Positions 38,005 to 49,001 of a stretch of DNA of 64,000 bases are shown piece by piece. The stretch spans positions 191,975 through 255,974 of the forward strand of contig NIVC01000730.1 of NCBI GenBank assembly GCA_002269645.1. Reading direction: 5' to 3'. The stretch's first letter is position 1. Each line of letters opens with the position of its first letter. The notes beneath the pieces were generated by a model that made no database searches, had not been told where the DNA came from, and saw only the letters and a program-made list of their open reading frames with translations. This DNA comes from Macrostomum lignano. Its lineage: Eukaryota. A program made the translations under genes and the position numbers.

Positions 38005-38552
38005 CTCATCAAACGTTTTGCCGCACTCTGTCGACTTATCAATCGTTAGAATCTCTTCAGTATACGAGTAGCTCTGAACTATAATTTTATTTGTATTTTC
38101 GATTGACAACCGGAGTTCTCAAGGACAGTTCTTCGTCCTTGCCACTGTTTTCGGGTTTTGAGCTGTGCCATCACATTCTATCTTTTTGTAAGAAACGTTT
38201 CCAAGTCCTGATATAGCACCAAGATTAGAAAATCGCCTTTGGTTTCAGTTTACTGAGTTACGGATAAGTATAATTTTATAACCTTTATTTCTCTCAAAGA
38301 TCATTTTCAACTGTCGTTCATTCTTAACAGCCTGTTTTTAAAATACGAGTATAAACTTCTAAATTCTTTGTTACTTAAAAATTTCAACGCACTTTGTTTT
38401 GTACCCACTATACTATTTAATAAAAATTAACTATGTAAATTCCTTTTTATTCATAGTAGCTTATTAATATTATCAATATAATTGACAGATTTTTAATTTC
38501 TTTACAACTTTTTTCACGATTAGTGTATTTGCGATACTTTGTAAAAATACAT

Positions 38553-39551
38553 GAGGATTAGCGGTGCTCAATCATTAAGGTGCCTGGGATTAGCGGTGCT
38601 CAATCATTAAGGTGCCTGGGATTAGCGGTGCGCAATCATTAAGGTGCCTGGGATTGGCGGTGCGCAATCATTAAGGTGCCTGGGATTGGCGGTGCGCAAT
38701 CTTTAAGGTGCCTGGGATTGGCGGTGCGCAATCATTAAGGTGCCTGGGATTGGCGGTGCTCAATCATTAAGGTGCCTGGGATTAGCGGTGCTCAATCATA
38801 AGTTCCCTGGGATTAGCGGTGCTCAATCATAAGTTCCCTGGGATTAGCGGTGCTCCATCATAAATGTGTCTGAGATTAGCGGTGATCCATCATTAAGGTA
38901 CCTGGGATTAGCGATGCTTGATCATTAAGGTACCTGGGAATAGCGGTGCTCCATCATTTAAAGGTACCTGGGATTAGCGGTGCTCCAGCATTAAGGTATC
39001 TGGGATTAGCAGTGCTTTTATCATTAAGGTACCTGGGATTAGCAGTGCTTTTATCATGAAGGTACCTGGGATTAGCAGTGCTTGATCATTAAGGTACCTG
39101 GGATTAGCAGTGCTCGATCATTAAGGTACCTGGGATTAGCAGTGCTTTTATCATTAAGGTACCTGGGATTAGCAGTGCTTTTATCATTAAGGTACCTGGG
39201 ATTAGCAGTGCTTGATCATTAAGGTACCTGGGATTAGCAGTGCTTTTATCATTAAGGTACCTGGGATTAGCAGTGCTTGATCATTAAGGTACCTGGGATT
39301 AGCAGTGCTTGATCATTAAGGTACCTGGGATTAGCAGTGCTTTTATCATTAAGGTACCTGGGATTAGCAGTGCTTGATCATTAAGGTACCTGGGATTAGC
39401 GGTGCTCAATCATTTTAAGGTACCTGGGATTAGTGGTGCTCCATCATTTAAGGGTACCTGGGATTAGCGGTGCTCCATCATTTAAAGGTACCTGGGAATA
39501 GCGGTGCTCCATCATTTAAAGGTACCTGGGATTAGCGGTGCTTGATCATTA
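38553..39551. repeat. 32-bp minisatellite (CTGGGATTAGCRGTGCTYRATCATTAAGGTRC), ~31 units
   Basis: Period 32 read directly; variants change progressively along the array. Confidence 0.95.
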
Positions 39552-39616
39552 ATCCTTTTTAATAGGTATTAATAGGTCCTACATCTGTCAAACATGAATA
39601 AATTGGTCACCCTCAG

Positions 39617-40303
39617 CATCATAATCATCAGCTGGACCCCAGCGGCTTGCCTGGCACTCAAGTCACAGTGCCAGGCTACCGTAAGGCGCCACCGAATCAC
39701 CCGGCCGTGTCGCGTCTGAAATCGGCGCCAACTCTGTATCAACTCCGGGTCGCTCGGCCCGGCCAGCCGGCCTACAATCTGGAGAAACTGTTCGCCGAGT
39801 TCGAGTCGCTGCACAGGCAGACTCGCCGGCATTCGCTGTCATTGAATCCTTCTGTTCCGCAGCCAAGACTGCCTAGCAGACTGTCTGGACCCGATACTAA
39901 ACGTCACGAGTTCGAGTCTTATCTAGCTGGCATGCTTGAATTGGCTTCTCAACCGGGTCAGTCCGCGTGCGCTCACGCTTTAGCCGCTTTCCTGTCGCCG
40001 CCAGTTGCCATCCATTCGGAGTCTTCACCGAAGCAAAAGCTTCCAACCCGGGCAGCCGCCGTCCTCATTGACTTGGAGCCGGACAATGCTCCGCAGTCTC
40101 AGTTGGACTCTTCAAAATCTGCCTCGAATTCTTTTTCATCTTTTCCGGCACAGAATCGACAGGAGTTGGTCAGTCAGCACGCTCCGGTTGTGATGCTGAG
40201 CGAGGTAGAGGCTCTGCCTCGGTCGGAACTGGACCCGCTGACCAGCGTCATTATCGATACAGTCTATATGAGCGCTTCCGGCTCTTTGCTTGATTTTGAC
40301 TGA
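39617..40303 (+). CDS. PX-domain protein (class II PI3K-like PX) with clathrin-box-like motifs; no in-frame ATG before the domain
   Basis: QVTVPGYRK...TLYQLRVAR...LEKLFAEFESLHRQ...FESYLAGMLEL...LAAFL fits the PX pattern. LIDLE and terminal LLDFD fit the clathrin box. In-frame TAA at 39599; phase-0 AG acceptors at 39616 and 39631. Confidence 0.7.
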   Translation, partial: HHNHQLDPSGLPGTQVTVPGYRKAPPNHPAVSRLKSAPTLYQLRVARPGQPAYNLEKLFAEFESLHRQTRRHSLSLNPSVPQPRLPSRLSGPDTKRHEFESYLAGMLELASQPGQSACAHALAAFLSPPVAIHSESSPKQKLPTRAAAVLIDLEPDNAPQSQLDSSKSASNSFSSFPAQNRQELVSQHAPVVMLSEVEALPRSELDPLTSVIIDTVYMSASGSLLDFD

Positions 40304-40427
40304 GCTTGTCTTTTTATTCGGCATTGAAGAGTAGGTTGGGATTCACCCTGAAGATGAGCAAAAGTGATAACAAAAAGTGCCGATAAATTAAATAGAAAAT
40401 TGGCTCACTGATATTTTGAGGGGGACC

Positions 40428-41003
40428 CCAGATCATCAGTTGCTGGGCTGTCAGCCTCCCAGATCCTCAGTTGCTGGGCCAGCCTCCCAGATCCTCAGTT
40501 GCTGGGCCAGCCTCCCAGATCCTCAGTTGCTGGGCTGCCAGCCTCCCAGATCCTCAGTTGCTGGGCTGCCAGCCTCCCAGATCCTCAGTTGCTGGGCTGC
40601 CAGCCTCCCAGATCCTCAGTTGCTGGGCTGCCAGCCTCCCAGATCCTCAGTTACTGGGCCAGCCTCCCAGATCCTCAGTTGCTGGGCCACAGCCTCCCAG
40701 ATCCTCAGTTACTGGGCCACAGCCTCCCAGATCCTCAGTTACTGGGCCACAGCCTCCCAGATCCTCAGTTACTGGGCCACAGCCTCCCAGATCCTCAGTT
40801 ACTGGGCCACAGCCTCCCAGATCCTCAGTTACTGGGCCACAGCCTCCCAGATCCTCAGTTGCTGGGCTAGCCTCCCAGATCCTCAGTTGCTAGGCTGCCA
40901 GCCTCCCAGATCCTCAGTTGCTGGGCCAGCCTCCCAGATCCTCAATTGCTGGGCTGCCAGTCTCCCAGATCCTCCGTTGCTGGGCTGCCAGCCTCCCAGA
41001 TCC
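40428..41003. repeat. 28/29/32-bp minisatellite, same family as 35810-36318
   Basis: CAGCCTCCCAGATCCTCAGTTGCTGGG core. Confidence 0.95.
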
Positions 41004-41671
41004 TTGCATTCTCATCATAGCAGATTAAATTCGGCCAACTTCGCTGATTTTTTTTATTTGTGTACGTGGCAATAGTTTCAGAAATAGTATTAAAACTTGT
41101 ATTTTCGATCAGAATAAATTCGAAGTTTTATTCTAATTTTCAAAAACTAAAAAATTGAAGGCCAACGAATGCCACTGTATTCCTCATCATATCTGCTGTT
41201 CAATCGTCAGTCTAAAAGCGTTCAAAGTATAAGCGCTTTGGCGGTACACCTTTGGTTAAGGCCCACTGGACCAACCTCTACAATGTTGCTACTTTACTAC
41301 AAATTTGTTTCTATCAAGTAATCTTTAAACTTATTTTCTTGTTGCACTTACTTTCTTAATGAATCTTTCTGAACTCCAGAGAATGTTTCCACCTTTTTAA
41401 TTGGACTTTTGCAACGTCGTCTTCCATTTTTTCATCCTTTTTCGCTGAATAGATTACTCATATTTTGCTAATAACTACGATTAATAATGTTGAGCTAGTT
41501 TGTACATTCCTTTGAAATAATTCTTGCAGTTCATTTTTGTTTAATTCCGTGCAACAATAATATACACGCTGTGCTACACGAGTAAATATGGGCTGTTGTT
41601 TATGTAGAATGGGGAGATAATCCCGTAGTAGTTTAATATTTTAGCGAGTTCTTACTAATTTATTGATCAAT

Positions 41672-42190
41672 TACTGCCCCAATGTACGCACACTCCAGAC
41701 CCCGCCTGCCCGCTGATCAATTCCTGCCCCAATGTACGCACACTCCAGACCCCGCCTGCCCGCTAACCAATTCCTGCCCCAATGTACGCACACCCCAGAC
41801 CCAGCTTGCCCGGTAAACAATTCCTGCCCCAATGTACGCACACCCCAGACCCAGCTTGCCCGGTAAACAATTCCTGCCCCAATGTACGCACACCCCAGAC
41901 CCAGCTTGCCCGGTAAACAATTCCTGCCCCAATGTACGCACACCCAGACCCAGCTTGCCCGGTAAACAGTTCCTGCCCCAATGTACGCACACCCCAGACC
42001 CAGCTTGCCCGGTAAACAATTCCTGCCCCAATGTACGCACACCCCAGACCCAGCTTGCCCGGTAAACAATTCCTGCCCCAATGTACGCACACCCCAGACC
42101 CAGCTTGCCCGGTAAACAATTCCTGCCCCAATGTACGCACACCCAGACCCAGCTTGCCCGGTAAACAGTTCCTGCCCCAATGTACGCACA
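41672..42190. repeat. 50-bp minisatellite, ~10 units, upstream of GALNT
   Basis: ttcctgccccaatgtacgcacaccccagacccagcttgcccggtaaacaa. Confidence 0.95.
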
Positions 42191-42643
42191 ATTTTAAGTT
42201 CCATTGTTTTGAGTTCTACGACGACGATTTTTTATATTGAATTTCTACTTAATTTTCTAGGTTTCAGTCGTACAAGGCACTAAGTAATATGAAGTATTTC
42301 TTATATCAATTTATTTGGAAAGATATATTACAATTTTTCGTCTTTGTATTTGATAAAATTACGTTAATAATGAATTTACTAAGTAATTTATAGCTTCCTT
42401 TAATTAGCCTTTTTGCTGATCCCATAAAAATAAGTTTTCATTAGTTTGATGTAGCAGGTTATTATTCCGGAAGTTAAAATTCGACTTTTTAAAGGCAGTT
42501 ATAGTAGTTCCGAGCGTATGGTTAGCTACAGTTGTGGGCACCCTGGCTTCGGCCAGCGCTGACAGCAATTATGACCCTTCCTACTAGGACTGAATCCCCA
42601 GCATAACTGGAGTCTCCCTACCGGCCTGCCAACTTCAGCCCAA

Positions 42644-43247
42644 ATGCTCCGGTCGCAGCAGTTGCATCAACATCGCCAGCAAAGTTCGGCGAGTCCCAAA
42701 AACCGAGGCGGCCTATTCTGGCGCTACTGGCGCAGCGTCTGCTCTTCATCAGTGACCATTGCGCCATGCTGTTTGATGCGCGTCAGATTGAGATTAGGCA
42801 TTGTGCTCAAATTAGTTTTGCTAGTTTTGCTCACATTAATCTGCCTGCTGTGCTACTGGAACCTGTCAATCAACTTGAAACTGTACTGGCAGTCTAACCC
42901 GGGTAGCAGCAATAATCCTTTGTTAAATCCCAGCTTAAAAATCTTTCCTAAAACACCGGAAGAGCGAGCGGAATATAACAAAGCATTTCATCAGCATTCG
43001 TTTAATGCGTTTCTAAGCGACAGGCTCAGCTTGCAGAGATTAGTGCCGGACACCAGGGACCCCGCCTGCCAGTCCAAGTCTTACTACGCCAATTCTCAGT
43101 CCTACGATAACTTAACCGCATCAGTTATTATCTGCTTCTATAATGAGGCCAAGTCGACCCTTCGCCGCACACTGTACAGCATTTTCAATCGGTCGCCGCC
43201 TCATCTGCTGCACGAAGTGATCGTTCTGGACGATGAAAGCAATAATG
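42644..43247 (+). CDS. GALNT11: Polypeptide GalNAc-transferase, GALNT11-like, exon 1 (type II anchor, stem, GT-A start)
   Basis: TM segment LGIVLKLVLLVLLTLICLLCYW; FNAFLSDRLSLQRLVPDTRDPAC; ASVIICFYNEAKSTLRRT; EVIVLDDES; GT at 43248. Confidence 0.85.
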
Positions 43248-43295
43248 GTTAGTGAATAACTCAGCCTCCTGCGATTTACAAACACTGGATGGATT

Positions 43296-44191
43296 TTTCC
43301 TTTGATCTGAAGGATTTTGAATAACTGGAAGGCTCTTGTCTTTGATCTGAAGGATTTTGAACAACTGGAAGGCTCTTGTCTTTGATCTGAAGGATTTTGG
43401 ATAACTGGAAGGCTCTTGCCTTTGATCTGAAGGATTTTGGATAACTGGAAGGCTCTTGCCTTTGATCTGAAGGATTTTGAATAACTGGAAGGCTCTTGCC
43501 CTTGACCTGAGGATTTTGGATAACTGGAAGGCTCTTGCCTTTGATCTGAAGGATTTTGGATAACTGGAAGGCTCTTGCCTTTGATCTGAAGGATTTTGGA
43601 TAACTGGAAGGCTCTTGCCTTTGATCTGAAGGATTTTGAATAACTGGAAGGCTCTTGCCCTTGACCTAAGGATTTTGGATAACTGGAAGGCTCTTGTCTT
43701 TGATCTGAAGGATTTTGAATAACTGGAAGGCTCTTGCCTTTGATCTGAAGGATTTTGAATAACTGGAAGGCTCTTGCCTTTGATCTGAAGGATTTTGAAC
43801 AACTGGAAGGCTCTTGTCTTTGATCTGAAGGATTTTGAATAACTGGAAGGCTCTTGCCTTTGATCTGAAGGATTTTGAATAACTGGAAGGCTCTTGCCTT
43901 TGATCTGAAGGATTTTGAATAACTGGAAGGCTCTAGTCTTTGATCTGAAGGATTTTGAATAACTGGAAGGCTCTAGTCTTTGATCTGAAGGATTTTGAAT
44001 AACTGGAAGGCTCTAGTCTTTGATCTGAAGGATTTTGAATAACTGGAAGGCTCTAGTCTTTGATCTGAAGGATTTTGAATAACTGGAAGGCTCTAGTCTT
44101 TGATCTGAAGGATTTTTAATAACTGGAAGGCTCTTGTCTTTGATCTGAAGGATTTTTAATAACTGGAAGGCTCTTGTCTTTGATCTGAAGG
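43296..44191. repeat. 40-bp intronic minisatellite, ~22 units
   Basis: ttgatctgaaggattttgaataactggaaggctcttgcct. Confidence 0.95.
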
Positions 44192-44318
44192 AATTCTCGA
44201 ATCTTGTCTAATCTGGGGATCATTATCTAGATGATTCTGTTTTAGCAATACTTTTTGCACCTATCGAGTGTTCTATGTAAATTGAAGACAAAAAACCCCG
44301 ATTCAATGATTTTTCCAG

Positions 44319-44434
44319 GCATCAGCAGCTTCGATGTGAATTTTATATCGTCGAAAATTCGCTACCAAATTGCGCCAATGAAGCTGGGCCTCATCAGGGC
44401 GAGAAATTATGCGGCCAAACTGGCCACAGGGCGG
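44319..44434 (+). CDS. GALNT11: GALNT11-like exon 2
   Basis: GLIRARNYAAKLATGR motif; ttttccag acceptor (phase 1) and gtgagt donor. Confidence 0.85.
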
Positions 44435-44524
44435 GTGAGTGGCTGGCTGTCAGGGTTTACAATCAGTTTGAATTTGGTGCATTTTGATTTTGAATATCTA
44501 TTTAGCTTGTGGAATATAGGCTCC

Positions 44525-44880
44525 CACATCCTCAATCCCCATACCCCTAATTCCCCCACCCTCAGTTCCCATATCATCAATCTCCATACCTTAATTCCCA
44601 CACCCTCCATCCCCATACCTCTAATCCCCATACCCTAATTCCCACACCCTCAATCCCCATACCCTAATTCCCACAGCCTGAATCCCCATACCCCAAATTC
44701 CCACACCCTCAATCCCCATACCCTAATTCCCACACCCTCAATCACCATACCCTAATTCCCACACCCTCAATCCCCATACCCTAATTCCCACACCCTCAAA
44801 CCCCATACCCCAAATTCCCACAAGATCGATCCCCACACTCGATCAATCCCATACCCCTAATCCCCACAGCTTCAATCTCA
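44525..44880. repeat. 29-bp intronic minisatellite (AATCCCCATACCCTAATTCCCACACCCTC), G-tract-rich on minus strand
   Basis: ~12 units; four G-runs per unit on the minus strand. Confidence 0.9.
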
Positions 44881-44889
44881 AACCCGCAG

Positions 44890-45567
44890 GTGCTCATCTT
44901 CCTAGACAGTCACATCGAAGTGAATGTCGGCTGGCTGCAGCCTCTGCTTCATCACCTCAGCATCCGGTCAAAATCGGTCGCTCTTCCCCTAGTAGACGTT
45001 ATCGACGAGAAGACGTTCGAATATTCGGCTACGCCCCACGTTGTCGGCGGTTTCACGTGGAACCTGCGGTTCGCCTGGGATCCCCTGCCGGCCAGTGTGC
45101 CCTTAGACGAGCCGTTCCACTCGCCCGTGATGTCCGGTGGTCTTCTTGCCGTCCGGGCCAGCACCTTCCACGCGTTCGGCGCCTACGACAACCTCATGGA
45201 GACCTGGGGCGGCGAGAATCTGGAGATGTCGTTTCGCTATTGGCAGTGCGGCGGCACCGTGTACGCCTGTCCCTGCTCTCGGGTTGGCCACGTGTTCAGG
45301 AGCCGCCGACCGTACGGCGAGTTCTCTGGCCGGGACAGCTGGCTGTTCAATTCTGTTCGGTTGGCCAACGTGTGGCTGGGCCCGTTTCGCGAGGTGTTCT
45401 TCTATCAGGAGCCCAGGGCTGTTGGTGTGGACCCTGGCGACCTGACCTCCCGGCTGGAGCTGCAGCGGACTCTGGGCTGCGTGTCTTTTAAATGGTATCT
45501 GCTGAATGTGGCCTCCAAGAAGATGATCAGAAGTCTGCCTGGGAGGTTCCGGCATTTGCTGACCTGA
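44890..45567 (+). CDS. GALNT11: GALNT11-like exon 3; spliced product ~465 aa ending without a ricin lectin domain
   Basis: VLIFLDSHIEVNVGWLQPLL (DxH), WGGENLEMSFRYWQCGG, CSRVGHVFRSRRPYG, FKWYL; TGA at 45565. Confidence 0.9.
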   Translation: MLIFLDSHIEVNVGWLQPLLHHLSIRSKSVALPLVDVIDEKTFEYSATPHVVGGFTWNLRFAWDPLPASVPLDEPFHSPVMSGGLLAVRASTFHAFGAYDNLMETWGGENLEMSFRYWQCGGTVYACPCSRVGHVFRSRRPYGEFSGRDSWLFNSVRLANVWLGPFREVFFYQEPRAVGVDPGDLTSRLELQRTLGCVSFKWYLLNVASKKMIRSLPGRFRHLLT

Positions 45568-45770
45568 CCGGGAACTCTTCCAGTGTTTTCTTGGCCTTCC
45601 TTAATTGTGCATTGTTTATGTTTTGTGTAAGAATGTATTTTATATATAAATATGTAGCCCATTTTTATTCTCATCTGGTCGAGATTAACAGTAATAACTT
45701 CATTGTGCAGGCATTTTTGTTACTCATTTATTAGCCAACAGAAAGGTTGCTTCAAGCAAATAAACAACAT

Positions 45771-46636
45771 TTAGCAATTCCCCGTGAGCATTGGCATCTG
45801 TTTAGCAATTCCCCATGAGCATTGGCATCTGATTAGCAATTCCCCGTGAGCATTGGCATCTGATTAGCAATTCCCCGTGAGCATTGGCATCTGATTAGCA
45901 ATTCCCCATGAGCATTGGCATCTGATTAGCAATTCCCCTTTGGCATCTGATTAGCAATTCCCCTTTGGCATCTGATTAGCAATTCCCCTTTGACATCTGA
46001 TTAGCAATTCCCCTTTGACATCTGAATAGCACTTCTCCTTTGACATCTGATTAGCAATTCCCCTTTGGCATCTGAATAGCACTTCCCCTTTGAAATCTGA
46101 TTAGCAATTCCCCTTTGACATCTGAATAGCGATTCCCCTTTGGCATCTGATTAGCAATTCCCCTTTGAAATCTGATTAGCAATTCCCCTTTGACATCTGA
46201 ATAGCAATTCCCCTTTGAAATCTGATTAGCAATTCCCCTTTGGCATCTGAATAGCACTTCCCCTTTGAAATCTGATTAGCAATTCCCCTTTGACATCTGA
46301 ATAGCGATTCCCCTTTGGCATCTGATTAGCAATTCCCCTTTGAAATCTGATTAGCAATTCCCCTTTGACATCTGAATAGCAATTCCCCTTTGAAATCTGA
46401 TTAGCAATTCCCCTTTGGCATCTGAATAGCACTTCCCCTTTGAAATCTGATTAGCAATTCCCCTTTGACATCTGATTAGCAATTCCCCTTTGACATCTGA
46501 TTAGCAATTCCCCTTTGACATCTGATTAGCAATTCCCCTTTGACATCTGATTAGCAATTCCCCTTTGACATCTGATTAGCAATTCCCCTTTGACATCTGA
46601 TTAGCAATTCCCCTTTGACATCTTATTAGCAATTCC
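45771..46636. repeat. 31-bp then 25-bp minisatellite (TTAGCAATTCCCCTTTGACATCTGA)
   Basis: Units read directly; homologous to the ~30-bp family in the triplicated block. Confidence 0.95.
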
Positions 46637-47019
46637 CTAGGCTGTTTTCATGGCAGCTATTACTGTTTAATCCATATTTCGCCTTATCTTTTTAAACCTT
46701 ATCTTTTATTCACGTATATCCAATTTTATCATGTATAATTGTACAAAAATATGTTTAATTCATTTGATTTGATAAATTCAATCAATTCTTTGTCGCAGAA
46801 ATAAAACTTTTATGATACTCGTAAAAAACTTTTTAAACCGGTGCTTTGCTAAATATTATATTATGTAAGCGTATTAATTCTCCACTCGCTTTTTGATTTT
46901 TATGTAGTGGCAAACCGGCCCGCGCGAAGCCTCTGTAGCCGGCTCTCGGGGTCCTTTGAAACTTCACAATAGCAATCCGGCCTCTGTCTCCTCGGCCTCG
47001 GCCTCCGGCTTCTGTCTCT

Positions 47020-47355
47020 TCTCAGCTCTCCTCTCTTTCTTCTCTCCTCTCCTCTCACATATCCCCTCTTCTCTTCCCTCTTCTCTCCTCTCTTCTCTTC
47101 CCTTCTTCGCTCCTCTCCTCTCATATATTCTCTTCTCTCCTCTCATCTCTCCTCTCTTCTCTTCTCTCTTCTCTCCTCTCGTCTCATCTCTCCCCTCTCC
47201 TCTCCTCTCCTCTCTTCTCATCTCTCCCTCTCCTCTCTCCTCTCCTCTCATCTCTTCGCCGTCTTCTCTCCTCTCGTCTCATCTCTTCCCTCTTCTCTCC
47301 TCTCCTCACTTCTCTCCTCTCATATTTTCTCTCCTTTCATCTCCTCTCTCTCCGC
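47020..47355. repeat. CT-rich (TCTCC)n microsatellite / homopyrimidine tract
   Basis: ~330 bp almost pure C/T on the plus strand. Confidence 0.95.
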
Positions 47356-48574
47356 TCTCATCCAAGTCTACCGACTTCGGCCCATTGTTATCTTCTATAC
47401 GTTTAAATTAGAGTAAAAACTTTCAAAAATCAGCATGAAAATCATGAAAACGTGTTGATCTGGTCCAGAAAAATTGTGCTGCAATTTTATGTTTTTACTT
47501 GTTGCAGAAAAACATAACAATATCGCATTATGATTACTACTGTTAACAATGAGACAGGCAGTAGTGAATAGCGGGTTTTTCTGTTAATAAAGGAATATTA
47601 TATATTGATGGCGGCAACTGAGTGCGCGTTTAGCACAACGAGACAAGACTGGATTAGTGTGTAATAAAATATTTTCGAAACTACATTCTACAAAATTCAG
47701 TGCTTGCATTGAAAACAATCAAAAGTGTTAGAAAAAAGTTTGTTCAAGTTACAATTTGTATCGGCATGTACATTACAGGTTAGAAGTTGTTGTTTCGCAT
47801 CTGATATTGCTTTTGTATGCCTGCCTGCCTGTCAGTCAGTTTGATGCAGCAGGGTTTGACTCTGGAAATTCAAATTTGGGTTATTAAAACCTCTACACGA
47901 CGAACCAAAAAATGCGTCACACCCTTTGCCGACGGCTGGCTGGCACGATTTCGTGCCAAGTGCATGAGTGTCAGAATTTCTACCCCCCCCCCGTTCCAGA
48001 CGGCAGCTAGCTCCACAAGTACACCCATATGTAACAAAGCCGCTTAACCAAAAGATAATTTGTCTATGGCTGGGGACCAAATGCTATGGCTGCATGTCTT
48101 ACATTCATGAGAAAACCTTACAGGGAAATATGAAAAGGGCACTACTTTCGGCCATAGATATTTATTGAAATCACTGTCGTGCTTATATTAGTTCTGTCAA
48201 GGACCTGCTTCAGAAATACAGAAACAGTCTTTTATACAATTGGATATTTTAATCCTCTGTCTACCCAAAGCACCAAGCAACATGGTGTTAGACTTTGACG
48301 GAGACTCGGACGTGAGCTGGTTCACTGCTGATGATGAGTCAATTGACGGATCCAAAGTTGAACATCCCCACAGTGACCAGGAAGAAGAGCATGATGAGTG
48401 GTGAAAAGAACAGTGACTGTTTGTGCCGCTTGACAAGGAGTTCCTGCATTGTGTTTGGGTGCTTGCTTTGCTAGCTGGCACATGGTTCATCCTAATTGAC
48501 CATGGTAGGATGAGCGGCTTTTGTGTTGAAACAACAATGAAGTTTTGGTGACCCAATTTCCCCTTTTCTGTCAC

Positions 48575-48758
48575 CAGGGGCGGATTTAGGGGGGCATCCC
48601 CCCCCCCAAATAGCTTGACAGAGCATATTCCGCGCCCCCAAAAACCTGAGTTTTCGCCCCCTAAACTTGATTTTTCGCCCCAAAATGCCTTTTTTGCGCC
48701 TCTAAGCGCCCCAAACTTGGACCGCCCCCCCCCCAATGAAACTCTAGATCCGCCACTG
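48575..48758. mobile_element. hAT-type MITE, 184 bp
   Basis: 8-bp TSD tctgtcac on both sides; TIRs caggggcggatttag / ctagatccgccactg. Confidence 0.9.
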
Positions 48759-49001
48759 TCTGTCACCTATTCTACCGTGTTTTTCTGTTTGAATACTGTT
48801 CAATTTTACAGTTTATTCTATTTATTAATAGTCTAGACTACTTCCTTAAAACCAATGCTTTAATAGTATCAATACAGAAAGCATGATCTACGTTCGTGTT
48901 ATACTCGTACTATATTAATTTACGGATAAGATACAAATGTCCTAGGCACTTCCATCCAAATATACTAAATCTCTAGCAAATACTATTATTCGTTTCTAAT
49001 A

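Larger units (their letters stand above)
46712..48928 (+). mobile_element. Decayed pogo/Tigger-like DNA transposon
   Basis: Remnant Brinker-type DBD (VAEKHNN...WRQ, ~47500-47620) and CENP-B-type HTH (GWLARFRAK, 47935-47961). Right end ttatactcg...tttacgg resembles a pogo TIR; the left TIR is weak. Confidence 0.55.

Noticed and set aside
39594-39719. Short ATG-initiated ORF with signal-peptide-like start (MNKLVTLSIIIISW)
   Set aside because: Only ~41 codons, out of frame with the PX domain it overlaps, with no supporting homology.
48282-48404. Acidic mini-ORF MVLDFDGDSDVSWFTADDES...
   Set aside because: Short, and lies within the decayed pogo-like element; no evidence for an independent gene.
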